The translations under genes were made by a program, and so were the position numbers. The notes under the pieces were generated by a model. That model searched no databases. It had not been told where the DNA came from and saw only the letters and a program-made list of their open reading frames with translations. 64,000 nt of DNA from an uncultured bacterium (GTDB lineage: Bacteria > Babelota > Babeliae > Babelales > Vermiphilaceae): contig CAWIJV010000003.1 of the NCBI GenBank assembly GCA_963836585.1, positions 432,761 through 496,760 of the forward strand, given 5' to 3'. This document shows, one piece after another, positions 48,606 through 57,784 of this stretch (position 1 is its first letter; the number at the start of each line of letters is the position of its first letter).

Positions 48606-49241
48606 ATGGTTTCTGAATTACTCTCGCTTGCCCAATGGCAAGCCTTTGTTGCCGACTGTAGGCTGTCCGAAGTTCAGCAACAACAGTTTGTGCGCTATTT
48701 TGCGTTGCTTACTGAATACAATGAGCTCTTTGATCTGACTGCCATCACCGATCCGGCAGATATCATCGCCTACCATTTTCAAGATTCTTTGGCCCTTGCG
48801 GAATTTACTGATCTGAATGCCATCAACATGATTGCCGACGTGGGCAGCGGCGCCGGTTTTCCGGGAATACCGCTCAAAATTATGTTTCCTCATCTGGATC
48901 TTATGCTGATTGAAGTAACCAAAAAAAGAGTTGAGTTTTTAGAAAAAGTACTGGCAGAACTTGATCTTGATAGTGCGATGGTGATGGATATTGATTGGCG
49001 TACCTTTTTGCGCAAGACCAATGAGCCCATTGATCTGTTTGTGGCGCGCGCATCGCTGCACACGGATGAACTGATGCGTATGTTTAAACCCAGTTGCCCC
49101 TATCAGGATAAGCAGTTGGTATACTGGGCATCAAAAGAGTGGCAGATAGATGCGGCTGAAAAACCATTCTTTCAAAAAGAAGCAACCTATACGATACAGA
49201 ATAGAGTGAGAAGGCTTATTTTTTTTGCGACAAAAAAATAA
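48606..49241 (+). CDS. rsmG: 16S rRNA (guanine527-N7)-methyltransferase RsmG
   Basis: SAM-binding DVGSGAGFPGIPLKI motif. Confidence 0.8.
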   Translation: MVSELLSLAQWQAFVADCRLSEVQQQQFVRYFALLTEYNELFDLTAITDPADIIAYHFQDSLALAEFTDLNAINMIADVGSGAGFPGIPLKIMFPHLDLMLIEVTKKRVEFLEKVLAELDLDSAMVMDIDWRTFLRKTNEPIDLFVARASLHTDELMRMFKPSCPYQDKQLVYWASKEWQIDAAEKPFFQKEATYTIQNRVRRLIFFATKK

Positions 49242-49288
49242 TGCGTACCCCTTGGGACGCAAAACCTTGAAATATAAAGAGGATAATT

Positions 49289-50689
49289 ATGAAACAAGGG
49301 ATGATGGCAAGTTATTTTGCCGGAATTGTGGATAAGCAGCATGGTGAAAGCTATTGGCGCATACTTGCCTACTTTATACCCGAATATATCACCTCATTTG
49401 TGATATTCGCGCTGCCTTTCTGGATCGATTCCTATTTTATCAGTCTACTTAAATCGACACCGGCCTATGCCACGCTGGGAACCACCAATAATGCACTGCA
49501 CCTTTTATTTAAAATTGCCGAGGCCTGCTCGATTGGCGCCGTGATTTTAGTGGGCAATCATAATGGCCTTCATGAATATACCAAGGCGGGCCGCATCTTT
49601 AGAGATGTTTTTTGGTTCACGCTCATGGTCGGTTTTTTTTTGGCAGTGGTATTATACTGCACCTCCTTTTTTATTTTGCACTGGCTCAATGCATCGCCGG
49701 AAATTATTGCGTTAGGAATTCCCTTTTGGCGCTTGCGCGCCATCGGCGTATTTTTCACCTTTGCCTATCTGGCTTTCATCGGCTTTTTGCGCGGGATCAA
49801 AAATACGCGCACTCCCATGTATATTTTTGTAATCGGGGCACTGATATTTACCTTTTTTGATTACTGTTTGATCTTTGGGCTCTATGGATTTCCTCGCATG
49901 GGATTTAATGGCTCTGCCTATGCCTCAGTGTTGCAAGCGATCACCATGGCGATTGCGGCCGCGTTTTTTGTGCTCTATGATCCGCGCTATCGGGCCTATG
50001 GCATTCAACTATTTTCAGGATATGAAGGGGGAAGCTATTATAAAGAACTGTTTATGGTTATTTGGCCCATTGCTATTGATAAAGCAACCCTGGCATTTGC
50101 TTATGTCTGGCTCAGCAAAATGCTTAATACCATGGGCACCTGTTCAACGGCAAGTTTTTGTGCGGTAAAAGATTTGGAACGGTTTGCGTTTTTGCCGGCA
50201 ATTGCGCTGGCCCAGGTGATCACTTTTTTAGTGAGTAATGATTATGGCATTCATAACTGGGCAGGCATCAAAAGTAATTTGAAGAAGGTGGTTTTTCTGG
50301 CTTCCATCATGGTCTGTTCTATTTTGGCCCTTTTTAGCATTTTTTCAGCCAGCTTGCTTACCATCTTTGACAAAAATGGTGATTTTACCTCTATGACCGT
50401 TCGGATATTTCCCTTTTTGAGTATACTGGTCTTCTTTGATCTGATACAATTGGTACTTTCAGGGGCTCTGCGAGGGGCCGGAGATGTGAAAGTGGTCATG
50501 TGGACCCGGTTGGCGGTGTGCATTGGTTACTTTTTCCCCGTCTCCTATTTCTTGACACAATTGACTATCGTGGATCCGGCCATAAAATTTTTGCTCGTGT
50601 ATGGTTCTTTTTATGTGGGCAATGGTTTGATGAGCATTGTGTATATTAATCGGCTCCGCGGCGCCAAATGGAAGGCGCATGAATTATAA
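49289..50689 (+). CDS. MATE-family multidrug/oligosaccharidyl-lipid efflux transporter
   Basis: 12-TM protein with a two-fold internal repeat typical of MATE. Confidence 0.75.
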   Translation: MKQGMMASYFAGIVDKQHGESYWRILAYFIPEYITSFVIFALPFWIDSYFISLLKSTPAYATLGTTNNALHLLFKIAEACSIGAVILVGNHNGLHEYTKAGRIFRDVFWFTLMVGFFLAVVLYCTSFFILHWLNASPEIIALGIPFWRLRAIGVFFTFAYLAFIGFLRGIKNTRTPMYIFVIGALIFTFFDYCLIFGLYGFPRMGFNGSAYASVLQAITMAIAAAFFVLYDPRYRAYGIQLFSGYEGGSYYKELFMVIWPIAIDKATLAFAYVWLSKMLNTMGTCSTASFCAVKDLERFAFLPAIALAQVITFLVSNDYGIHNWAGIKSNLKKVVFLASIMVCSILALFSIFSASLLTIFDKNGDFTSMTVRIFPFLSILVFFDLIQLVLSGALRGAGDVKVVMWTRLAVCIGYFFPVSYFLTQLTIVDPAIKFLLVYGSFYVGNGLMSIVYINRLRGAKWKAHEL

Positions 50690-50708
50690 TTGTTCATAGG
50701 AAAAAAAT

Positions 50709-50987
50709 ATGACCCGTATCACTAAAGACGAAGTACTCAAAATCGCGCAAATGTCGCGCATTACTATTCATGAAGATGAGATTGCGCCGCTTACGAACAC
50801 TTGAATCAGTGCTAGCTACGCAGCACGCGTTTGCGAAGTTGCCGCAACCGCTCAAGCGCAGCAGGTGGCCAATGTGAATATATTTCGCGATGATGTGGTG
50901 ATCAAGTGTGATGCTGAACGCATCAAGCAGGAAGCGCCGGAGATTGAATCCGATTATTTTGTGGTGCCTGCAATTTTAGAACAGTGA
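50709..50987 (+). pseudogene. gatC: gatC (Asp/Glu-tRNA amidotransferase subunit C) containing an in-frame TGA at 50802-50804. Pseudogene, recoding, or sequence error
   Basis: Translation MTRITKDEVLKIAQMSRITIHEDEIAPLTNT-stop-ISASYAARV...NIFRDDVV...DYFVVPAILEQ continues in the same frame. It totals ~93 codons with a GatC-like N- and C-terminus. Confidence 0.6.
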
Positions 50988-50994
50988 AACTTTT

Positions 50995-51165
50995 CCCGTC
51001 CGTTCGTGGTGAGTGATCGCGAAGCGATCGTATCGAACCATCCTTCGATACGCCCTATGGGCTACTCAGGTCCCTCGACCAGCTCGGGATGATCGGGGGC
51101 CCCGTTCGTGCTGAGCTCGTCGAAGCATCGTGAGTTATCGAACCATTCGAGTGGAATAAATAAAA
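50995..51165. repeat. GC-rich palindromic repeat block between gatC and gatA (contains CCGTTCGTGGTGAGTG)
   Basis: ccgttcgtggtgagtg at ~51000-51015, and palindromes gatcgcgaagcgatc, tcgatacgcc. Related to the blocks at 3765-3965 and 55295-55490. Confidence 0.55.
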
Positions 51166-51177
51166 TAGGTTTATGAT

Positions 51178-52620
51178 ATGAGTAATCTTTCCTTTGCCTC
51201 AATCAAAGAGTTACGTAAAAAATTAGATACCAAAGAGATCACCGCGGATCAGTTGCTTGATCATTGCATCGCGCAGTTTGCTGCAAAAGATGGCAATCTG
51301 GGTTCCGCGCTGGAGATTTTTGATAAAGAATCGGTGCTGCGTGCCAGCAAACAGCAGGGAAAGCTGGCAGGAATCCCCGGATTGCTCAAAGATAATATTG
51401 CGCAAGAAAATCGCGGGCTCACCTGTGCATCAAAAATTTTGCAGGGGATGGTCTCAACCTTCGATTCTACTGCATCAAGCCGATTAAAAAATGAAGGGGC
51501 ACTTTTGCTCGGGCGCGCCAACTGCGATGAGTTTGCCATGGGCAGTTCTACTGAAACGTCCGGCTATCAAAAAACAAAAAATCCTTGGGATAATGCCCGA
51601 GTGCCCGGTGGCTCAAGCGGCGGATCAGCAGCGGCCGTTGCTGCTGGATTGGTGCCGTGGGCATTGGGTTCTGAAACGGGTGGCTCGGTGCGTCAGCCTG
51701 CTGCCTTTTGCGGCATTGTGGGCAGTAAGCCGACCTATGGGCGTGTTTCGCGCTATGGCTTGGTTGCGTATGCTTCTTCACTTGATCAGATTGGGGTATT
51801 AACCCGAACCGTCTATGATAATGCGCTGGTGTTATCCGTAATCGCCGGCCAGGATCCTAAAGATTCCACGAGCGTGCAACAGCCGACGCAAGATTTTACC
51901 CAAGGCCTTGATGGAAAGCTGCCGGATAATTTTACCCTTGGTATTGTAGAAAACTCATTGCATGCTGATGGGATGGATCCGGAAGTGGTTGCTGCTAATG
52001 AGCAGGTGATCAAAGAGTTTGAAGCGATGGGCGCAAAAATAAAAAAAATTACACTCCCTATCATCGATTATTCCGCAGCAGTCTATTTTATTGTGAGTCG
52101 CGCTGAAGCAGCATCCAACTTGGCTCGTTTTGATGGGGTGCGCTATGGCTTGCGCGCCAAAGATGCGACTACCTTGGAAAGTATGTATTGCAACACGCGG
52201 CATGATGGTTTTGGCCCTGAAGTGCGCAGCCGCATCATGATCGGCAACTATGTGCTATCGGCCGGGCATGCTGATGCGTATATTAAAAAAGCAAAAGTGG
52301 TGCAGGGGCTCATTCGCCAAACATTTATGGATACCTTTAAAGAAGTAAGTTTGCTTCTGATGCCAACGCATCCGGCGCCTGCATTTAGTTTCGGCGCTTT
52401 TGATCTGGATAAGCTGCAAATGGATCTGCAAGATTATTTCACCTGCCCGGTAAATTTAGCGGGCAACTGTGGCATCTCATTGCCGTGCGGCTTTTCCAAA
52501 TCCGGATTACCGATCGGCTTCCAGCTGATTGGCCCTCATATGGGCGAATCGCTCATGTTTAAGGCCGCGCACGCCTACGAACAAAAAACAGCATGGCACA
52601 CCATGCACCCGAAGGTATAA
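51178..52620 (+). CDS. gatA: Asp-tRNA(Asn)/Glu-tRNA(Gln) amidotransferase subunit A
   Basis: Amidase signature GGSSGGSAAAVAAG and the Ser-cisSer-Lys triad context. Confidence 0.9.
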   Translation: MSNLSFASIKELRKKLDTKEITADQLLDHCIAQFAAKDGNLGSALEIFDKESVLRASKQQGKLAGIPGLLKDNIAQENRGLTCASKILQGMVSTFDSTASSRLKNEGALLLGRANCDEFAMGSSTETSGYQKTKNPWDNARVPGGSSGGSAAAVAAGLVPWALGSETGGSVRQPAAFCGIVGSKPTYGRVSRYGLVAYASSLDQIGVLTRTVYDNALVLSVIAGQDPKDSTSVQQPTQDFTQGLDGKLPDNFTLGIVENSLHADGMDPEVVAANEQVIKEFEAMGAKIKKITLPIIDYSAAVYFIVSRAEAASNLARFDGVRYGLRAKDATTLESMYCNTRHDGFGPEVRSRIMIGNYVLSAGHADAYIKKAKVVQGLIRQTFMDTFKEVSLLLMPTHPAPAFSFGAFDLDKLQMDLQDYFTCPVNLAGNCGISLPCGFSKSGLPIGFQLIGPHMGESLMFKAAHAYEQKTAWHTMHPKV

Positions 52621-52683
52621 TGATTTTTCACTAAAACTTAAAGAGAAACTTAATACTATAACATCGTAAAGGATATACACCTC

Positions 52684-53268
52684 ATGATTTTTTTACTCAT
52701 TTTAATGGCTGCTGCATGCTCTACCGCTGCTATGCAAGCACCGTTTGCAAGGCTCGAATCACATACCTGTTGCCCCAATGGTTTTAAAGCAGTCTATTTT
52801 AAAGAGAGCGTAGAGTCTGAAACTCTCAAGGAATTTTATGACCACTTGGACGGTGCGATTGCTGAAGATTTGGATACCTTTGATCGCTATTTTTCCACCG
52901 CGGAAGAAACGGCCGGTTGTGATGATGAGCAAGATGCTGTAGAGATATCACCCGATACGTTACAGATTCTCATGGTGCAGGTTGCCAGCTCGGGCGATCA
53001 GGGCCGCGCTGCGGTTGGGCACATAGCACAAAAAATTCGCGCGCAAAGAATTAATCTTGTGAATAATCCAGTTTTCATTACACAAAAAGATTTTGCGCAT
53101 CGATTGCTGCCCTATCTAATGTATAATGGTAGTCCAAGAGGGTATCGCCGCCCAACAATTATTGGAAATCGGGTGGTTCATCTGGATCTATGCCCGGGAT
53201 GCATTCATAAGGCTAAGAAAGTAACGCTTCGCTATGATACGGCCGCATTTAAAAAACTGTTAAAATAG
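52684..53268 (+). CDS. hypothetical secreted protein
   Basis: Signal peptide MIFLLILMAAACSTAAMQA. Confidence 0.4.
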   Translation: MIFLLILMAAACSTAAMQAPFARLESHTCCPNGFKAVYFKESVESETLKEFYDHLDGAIAEDLDTFDRYFSTAEETAGCDDEQDAVEISPDTLQILMVQVASSGDQGRAAVGHIAQKIRAQRINLVNNPVFITQKDFAHRLLPYLMYNGSPRGYRRPTIIGNRVVHLDLCPGCIHKAKKVTLRYDTAAFKKLLK

Positions 53269-53271
53269 CAA

Positions 53272-54309
53272 TCAATCGTCTGAATGTAAATAGGCAATCA
53301 GAGTCCTTTCTTCTGTTATGCTAGAGCTAAGGGCCATTGTTGTCATCGTTCCGACAAAGGTTATTGCTGCTGCAGACGATGTTGCCAGGGCATCAATTGC
53401 CCATGAACTTGATGCTACTCTGCGATGAGCAGCATACCCGATTCCAACTGCCAGACCTATGCCGGTAAGTATTCGGACGGCACCCAAGGCTGAGATCTTA
53501 GAATTAAGCATGTGGAGGGCTATGCCATTTTTGTCTTTTGCTTTTTGCAACGCATGTTTAAGGGCCGTCTTTTTCTTTTTTACTGTGTAGACTGCTTCAC
53601 GCAGTTTTTTATTCGCTTGTTCAAGTTCTAAAATTGTTTTATTTTTTTCTGTGATTTTTTGATTAAAAATATTTAATGCGATCCTAGGATTTTGTGCGGA
53701 TAATGCGCTAATTCTTACTGCATCATCAGCTTGCTGTTCCAAAAGACTATTCACCTGATCATCCAATGTTTCTCGTTCTGCAATCAGCTTGGGAATGAGC
53801 GGCATTATGCGATCGGCTTGCAGAAATCCCAAAAAAGAGTTGAGCACTATTCTGCGAAATTCTTCATCAAGACGTTGGTCATGAATCGCGGTTGAAATAC
53901 GAGTAAATAGATGCCGCAGATCATCATTATGTATGGATGCGATGTGCTCGCTTGCATTGGTAAGTAAGCTTGTGTGTTGATTCATCTCATCATGTGAGTA
54001 GGCGATTTTGAAGTGCTTGACCGGATGGCGGCACACAGGGCACCCGATATCGGTTAAATTTGCCCTGGATAGATTGTTCCATGTTTTATAGCAGGTCTGG
54101 TGAAGGGAATGATGCTTGCAAGGAAGGTTGCGCACCAGTTGTGTTTGCTCAAAAGCCTCCAAGCAATAGGAACATCTATCAGATTCTTGTTTTTCTTGGG
54201 CAGCAGCTTGATCTTCCATGGCATAGTGAGCCGGGCAGAATAATAATGCTAGAAGTGTAAGTAAAAGAAACTGTTTATTCACGGTATCTCTCCTCTTTTT
54301 GTGAATCAT
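53272..54309 (-). CDS. membrane-anchored protein with eukaryote-like RING-H2 zinc finger, coiled-coil and C-terminal TM helices
   Basis: CSYC-x14-CKH-x3-H-x2-C-x16-CPVC fits C3H2C3 RING-H2 spacing. N-terminal signal/TM, C-terminal hydrophobic segments. Confidence 0.55.
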   Translation of the reverse strand: MIHKKRRDTVNKQFLLLTLLALLFCPAHYAMEDQAAAQEKQESDRCSYCLEAFEQTQLVRNLPCKHHSLHQTCYKTWNNLSRANLTDIGCPVCRHPVKHFKIAYSHDEMNQHTSLLTNASEHIASIHNDDLRHLFTRISTAIHDQRLDEEFRRIVLNSFLGFLQADRIMPLIPKLIAERETLDDQVNSLLEQQADDAVRISALSAQNPRIALNIFNQKITEKNKTILELEQANKKLREAVYTVKKKKTALKHALQKAKDKNGIALHMLNSKISALGAVRILTGIGLAVGIGYAAHRRVASSSWAIDALATSSAAAITFVGTMTTMALSSSITEERTLIAYLHSDD

Positions 54310-54416
54310 AAAAAAGCGTATAGAATTTTTTTGAAGTGGCAACTATTGAGCTTCCCTCCCTTTTTAAAGTATCCTTATTCCAGGGATAAGAGATATCAAA
54401 GAAGGGGTGCTGGCAG

Positions 54417-55289
54417 ATGCGCATTCTGCAGATCAGTATGGCCACTGTGGCAACTATGGCATGCCTGAATGCTTATGAGCCGCTCGCATGCACATTTCCT
54501 TCCTATGAGTATGAACAACGGTGGTGCGATACCTGCGATCGGCCTAAAAAGGAGTTTCGCACCGGCGCTCCGGCTCTCCGCTTTGTCTTCAATGGATTTG
54601 GCAGTGCCGTAAAAGATGCCATCGATCTGAATCTCAACATCATCTCAAAAGATACCTTTATTGTGATTGCCGCCACGATGTGCCCGTATCTAATTGCGCG
54701 CCAATTTGATGATGGTATCCAGTGCCACTTTTTTAGCCATACCAGTCATAAAAATATTAATCAGTGCCCCAAATGGTGCCAGGAGTTGGTGCGCTTTAGT
54801 CTTGCCGTGCCGATTGTGATCTTTGGCTCGCAACTTTTTTTGTCATCCGACCCGGTGTGGAAAGAAAGTGCCTGGATGTTGCTCTTGGGCATTCCGTTTG
54901 TGATTTTTGGAAAAGATCTGATTAAAACCTTTGATACCGATTTTTGCCTGCGGCCGTGGCATGAAGATTTTATGGCGGAACACAAGCGCAGTAGCGGTGG
55001 GTTCCCTTCCGGGCACATGGCACAAGCGGCCTATATTGCCACCTTATATGGCACTCGTTTTGGCCACAAGATGGCGGTGCCGCTCACCTTTTTTGCTGCG
55101 GGTTTGGGCATTGTCTTTCTTAATTGCAATCGCCACTACTTATCGCAGCTGATTGCCGGGGCCGGTTTGGGCGCTATCTATGGCTTGGCAGCCAACAAAG
55201 TGATCGATCGCAAGCTGTCAGAAAACTGGAAAATGGGACTCACCATCAATCGCGATGGCCCGGCTATCAAGGCCCGCTATCGGTTTTAA
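54417..55289 (+). CDS. PAP2-family phosphatase (phosphatidic acid phosphatase type 2 / acid phosphatase superfamily)
   Basis: PSGH and SRxxxxxHxxxD-like motifs (SGGFPSGHMAQAAY). Confidence 0.65.
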   Translation: MRILQISMATVATMACLNAYEPLACTFPSYEYEQRWCDTCDRPKKEFRTGAPALRFVFNGFGSAVKDAIDLNLNIISKDTFIVIAATMCPYLIARQFDDGIQCHFFSHTSHKNINQCPKWCQELVRFSLAVPIVIFGSQLFLSSDPVWKESAWMLLLGIPFVIFGKDLIKTFDTDFCLRPWHEDFMAEHKRSSGGFPSGHMAQAAYIATLYGTRFGHKMAVPLTFFAAGLGIVFLNCNRHYLSQLIAGAGLGAIYGLAANKVIDRKLSENWKMGLTINRDGPAIKARYRF

Positions 55290-55294
55290 GTTTT

Positions 55295-55490
55295 ACTCGT
55301 TATACTGCTGTAGTGGGGCTTGACGACCCCTCGATACGCCTTACAGGCACTCGGGGCGAACGGAATTTAGTCCGTTCGTGGTGAGTGCGAACGAAGTTCG
55401 CGTACCCGGCCTTCGTAGCCTCTATGCCATAGCCTAGGTGTGTTGCCTAGAACTACGGCGGAGTAGGCTCGAACCATAAAAATACCTTAC
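55295..55490. repeat. GC-rich palindromic repeat block (contains CCGTTCGTGGTGAGTG) between PAP2 and dus genes
   Basis: ccgttcgtggtgagtg at 55372-55387, plus cgaacgaagttcg and cctcgatacgcc, related to the 50995-51165 block. Confidence 0.55.
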
Positions 55491-55506
55491 TTATAATTAA
55501 AATTAT

Positions 55507-56490
55507 ATGATTAATTACTGGCACGAAAAAATAAAAATTGGCTCGCTCTCATTCCCCCGCTTTATCGGCGGCCCGCTGGACGGCATCACCGATTCGCCGT
55601 TTCGCCGCCTGGTGCGTGATTTTTCGCATGACGAACTTCTGTATTCGGAGATGCGGCATACCGGATGTGTGGCCAATGAGAAGGGCGGCATAAAAGCTTT
55701 AGAATTTTCTCCCCTCGAGCGGCCACTCAATTTTCAGTTTGCGGCCAACAAAATAGATTTTATTGAGCCAGCGGTCCAAAAGGTGCTCGAACGGGGCGTT
55801 GATATGATCGATTTAAATGTCGGATGCCCGGCCAGCAACGTGATCGGCTCCGGTTCAGGCTCCGCACTAATGGCCGATCTGCCGCGGCTCACCTTGATCC
55901 TCAAAGAGTTTCGTCGCCTTGTGCCGATTCCATTCACCGTAAAAATTCGTGCCGGCTTTAAATGCCAGAATGCGATCGACGTAGCAAAATTGATCCAGGA
56001 TTGTGGTGCTGATGCCTTAGCGATCCATCCCCGCCTGCAGTCTCAAAAATTTGAAGGGCGCCCCGATTATGCACTCGTGGCGCAGGTTAAAAATGCTATC
56101 TCGATCCCGGTAATTGTTTCCGGTGGTGTGGTAAATTGGGCCACCGCCAAGATGGTCCATGAGCAGACGGGCGTGGATGGCTTTTTAATTGGCCGTGGTA
56201 TTTGGGGAAGGCCCTGGAAACTTAAAGAGTTGCGTGAACATTCTCAAGGGAATATCTATCAGGTGAGCACGCTTGAGATTTTAAACTATGCGCTCAGGCA
56301 TTTGGATCTGATGCTTGCCTATTATGGCCCCCATGGATTGTTTGTCTTTCGCAAGCATGTGCCGTTTTACATTCGGGGATTGCCCGATGCTTCTTTTTTG
56401 CGCCAAAAATTGGTAACTTCAACCTCAGTTGATGAAGTGCGGCAGGTTTTTCGTGCCAAGATAGGTGCAGAATATGAAAAAACGGGTTAA
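55507..56490 (+). CDS. dus: tRNA-dihydrouridine synthase
   Basis: Dus TIM-barrel motifs (GGPLDGITDSPFRRL, DLNVGCP, catalytic Cys context). Confidence 0.8.
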   Translation: MINYWHEKIKIGSLSFPRFIGGPLDGITDSPFRRLVRDFSHDELLYSEMRHTGCVANEKGGIKALEFSPLERPLNFQFAANKIDFIEPAVQKVLERGVDMIDLNVGCPASNVIGSGSGSALMADLPRLTLILKEFRRLVPIPFTVKIRAGFKCQNAIDVAKLIQDCGADALAIHPRLQSQKFEGRPDYALVAQVKNAISIPVIVSGGVVNWATAKMVHEQTGVDGFLIGRGIWGRPWKLKELREHSQGNIYQVSTLEILNYALRHLDLMLAYYGPHGLFVFRKHVPFYIRGLPDASFLRQKLVTSTSVDEVRQVFRAKIGAEYEKTG

Positions 56491-57283
56491 AAAGAGCCGG
56501 TGGGTGCTCGTTGTGGCGATTCTGGTCGGTATTCTTCTGGGATATAAGATTTTGTTTAGATCCGATGGGCTCCTTGAGCGGTATAGCTCAACATTGGCCT
56601 ATCCGGTGCTCGTGATTCAGCACCACATAATTTCTCCCATCAAAGCGTACTTTCAAAAGCGGCAGACAGTTGCGGAGCTTGAGCAAAAACTTGCGGATCT
56701 GCAGGCCGAGTATGAGCATCTGCTCTCGCATGAGATTGAGCTGCAGGGCATGATCTGCTATGCGCAAGAAACGCAAGAGCTGGTCGAATTTAAAAAGCAG
56801 TATGATTTTTCTCGAGCCACGCTGGCCCAGGTGTTGATAAAAAACTTTTCTGACCAGAGCCATTTTTATCTGGTGGATAAAGGTTCATCTGCCGGTGTGG
56901 CCAAAGATATGGTGGCAATTTACAAAGATTGTTTGATTGGCAGGGTAACCGAAGTCTATCCCCGCTATTGCAAAATCACCCTCATCTCCGATCAATCATG
57001 CAAAGTGGCCGCCTGTTGCGCACAAAGCAAGGCAACCGGAATTTATCAAGGCAATAATCAAGAATGGCATTCAAATCTCACCCATGTGAGCCATCTGGCG
57101 CAATTGGAGCCGGGCGAGCTGGTGCTTTCCAGCGGCGATGGATTAATCTTCCCACGTGGCTTTGGCATCGGGAAAGTAAAATCATTCCAGAATGAAGGGT
57201 TGTTTCATCAGGTGAGTGTGGAACCGCTGCTTGATCTGCATGCGATTAATCATTGCTATTTAATACAAAAAAGTGCGGCTTAA
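56465..57283 (+). CDS. mreC: rod shape-determining protein MreC
   Basis: N-terminal TM, a coiled-coil, and the conserved C-terminal GELVLSSGDGLIFPRGFGIGKV motif. Confidence 0.75.
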   Translation: MQNMKKRVKKSRWVLVVAILVGILLGYKILFRSDGLLERYSSTLAYPVLVIQHHIISPIKAYFQKRQTVAELEQKLADLQAEYEHLLSHEIELQGMICYAQETQELVEFKKQYDFSRATLAQVLIKNFSDQSHFYLVDKGSSAGVAKDMVAIYKDCLIGRVTEVYPRYCKITLISDQSCKVAACCAQSKATGIYQGNNQEWHSNLTHVSHLAQLEPGELVLSSGDGLIFPRGFGIGKVKSFQNEGLFHQVSVEPLLDLHAINHCYLIQKSAA

Positions 57284-57295
57284 GAATTTTTTTTT

Positions 57296-57766
57296 CTACT
57301 TTGTGGCGCGATGTTTTTTGTTAATGTCTTGTATGACCTGTTGGTTGGACATACCAATCATGAAATAGAGTGCCACTGCTTGTATGGCAAGCGCAAAGAG
57401 CAAACTTGCTAAAGTTCCTGCAAAAAAGAGTAAAATGTGAGACAGAGGTGAAGTTGCAAATAGGTTTTGTAATTGTGCAAAGAGTACTGAGCGCAATGCA
57501 CCATTACTGAGCAATGCTATAACCGTTACCGGTAATGAAATGCCAAAGTAAGTAAAAATGGCATATATTTTAAACGAGCGGCTCATCAGATGAGGATATA
57601 CTTGACGGGTAAAGAGCATGCTAGCAGTGAATCCTGCCAAAATGATACTGATCGATGAAAGATCTGCCATGCCTATTAATTTCAACAAATAGAAAAAAGG
57701 GTATTGCAACATAAAGGTCAATAGCCCGAGTCCAAACCAGGAAGAAAGAAAATGCTTATAATTCAT
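57296..57766 (-). CDS. hypothetical polytopic membrane protein
   Basis: 4-5 predicted TM segments. No motif. Confidence 0.4.
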   Translation of the reverse strand: MNYKHFLSSWFGLGLLTFMLQYPFFYLLKLIGMADLSSISIILAGFTASMLFTRQVYPHLMSRSFKIYAIFTYFGISLPVTVIALLSNGALRSVLFAQLQNLFATSPLSHILLFFAGTLASLLFALAIQAVALYFMIGMSNQQVIQDINKKHRATK

Positions 57767-57784
57767 AAAAATCCCTAAAAAAAA

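Noticed and set aside
50802-50804. Genome-wide UGA reassignment (Gly or Trp) as explanation for the gatC TGA
   Set aside because: Many confidently identified genes in the window (e.g. recJ, gatC itself at its 3' end) terminate with TGA at the expected protein length, so TGA is a stop codon here.
57296-57766. Considered calling the membrane protein after mreC as mreD
   Set aside because: It is on the opposite strand to mreC and shows no recognisable MreD features. Kept as hypothetical membrane protein.
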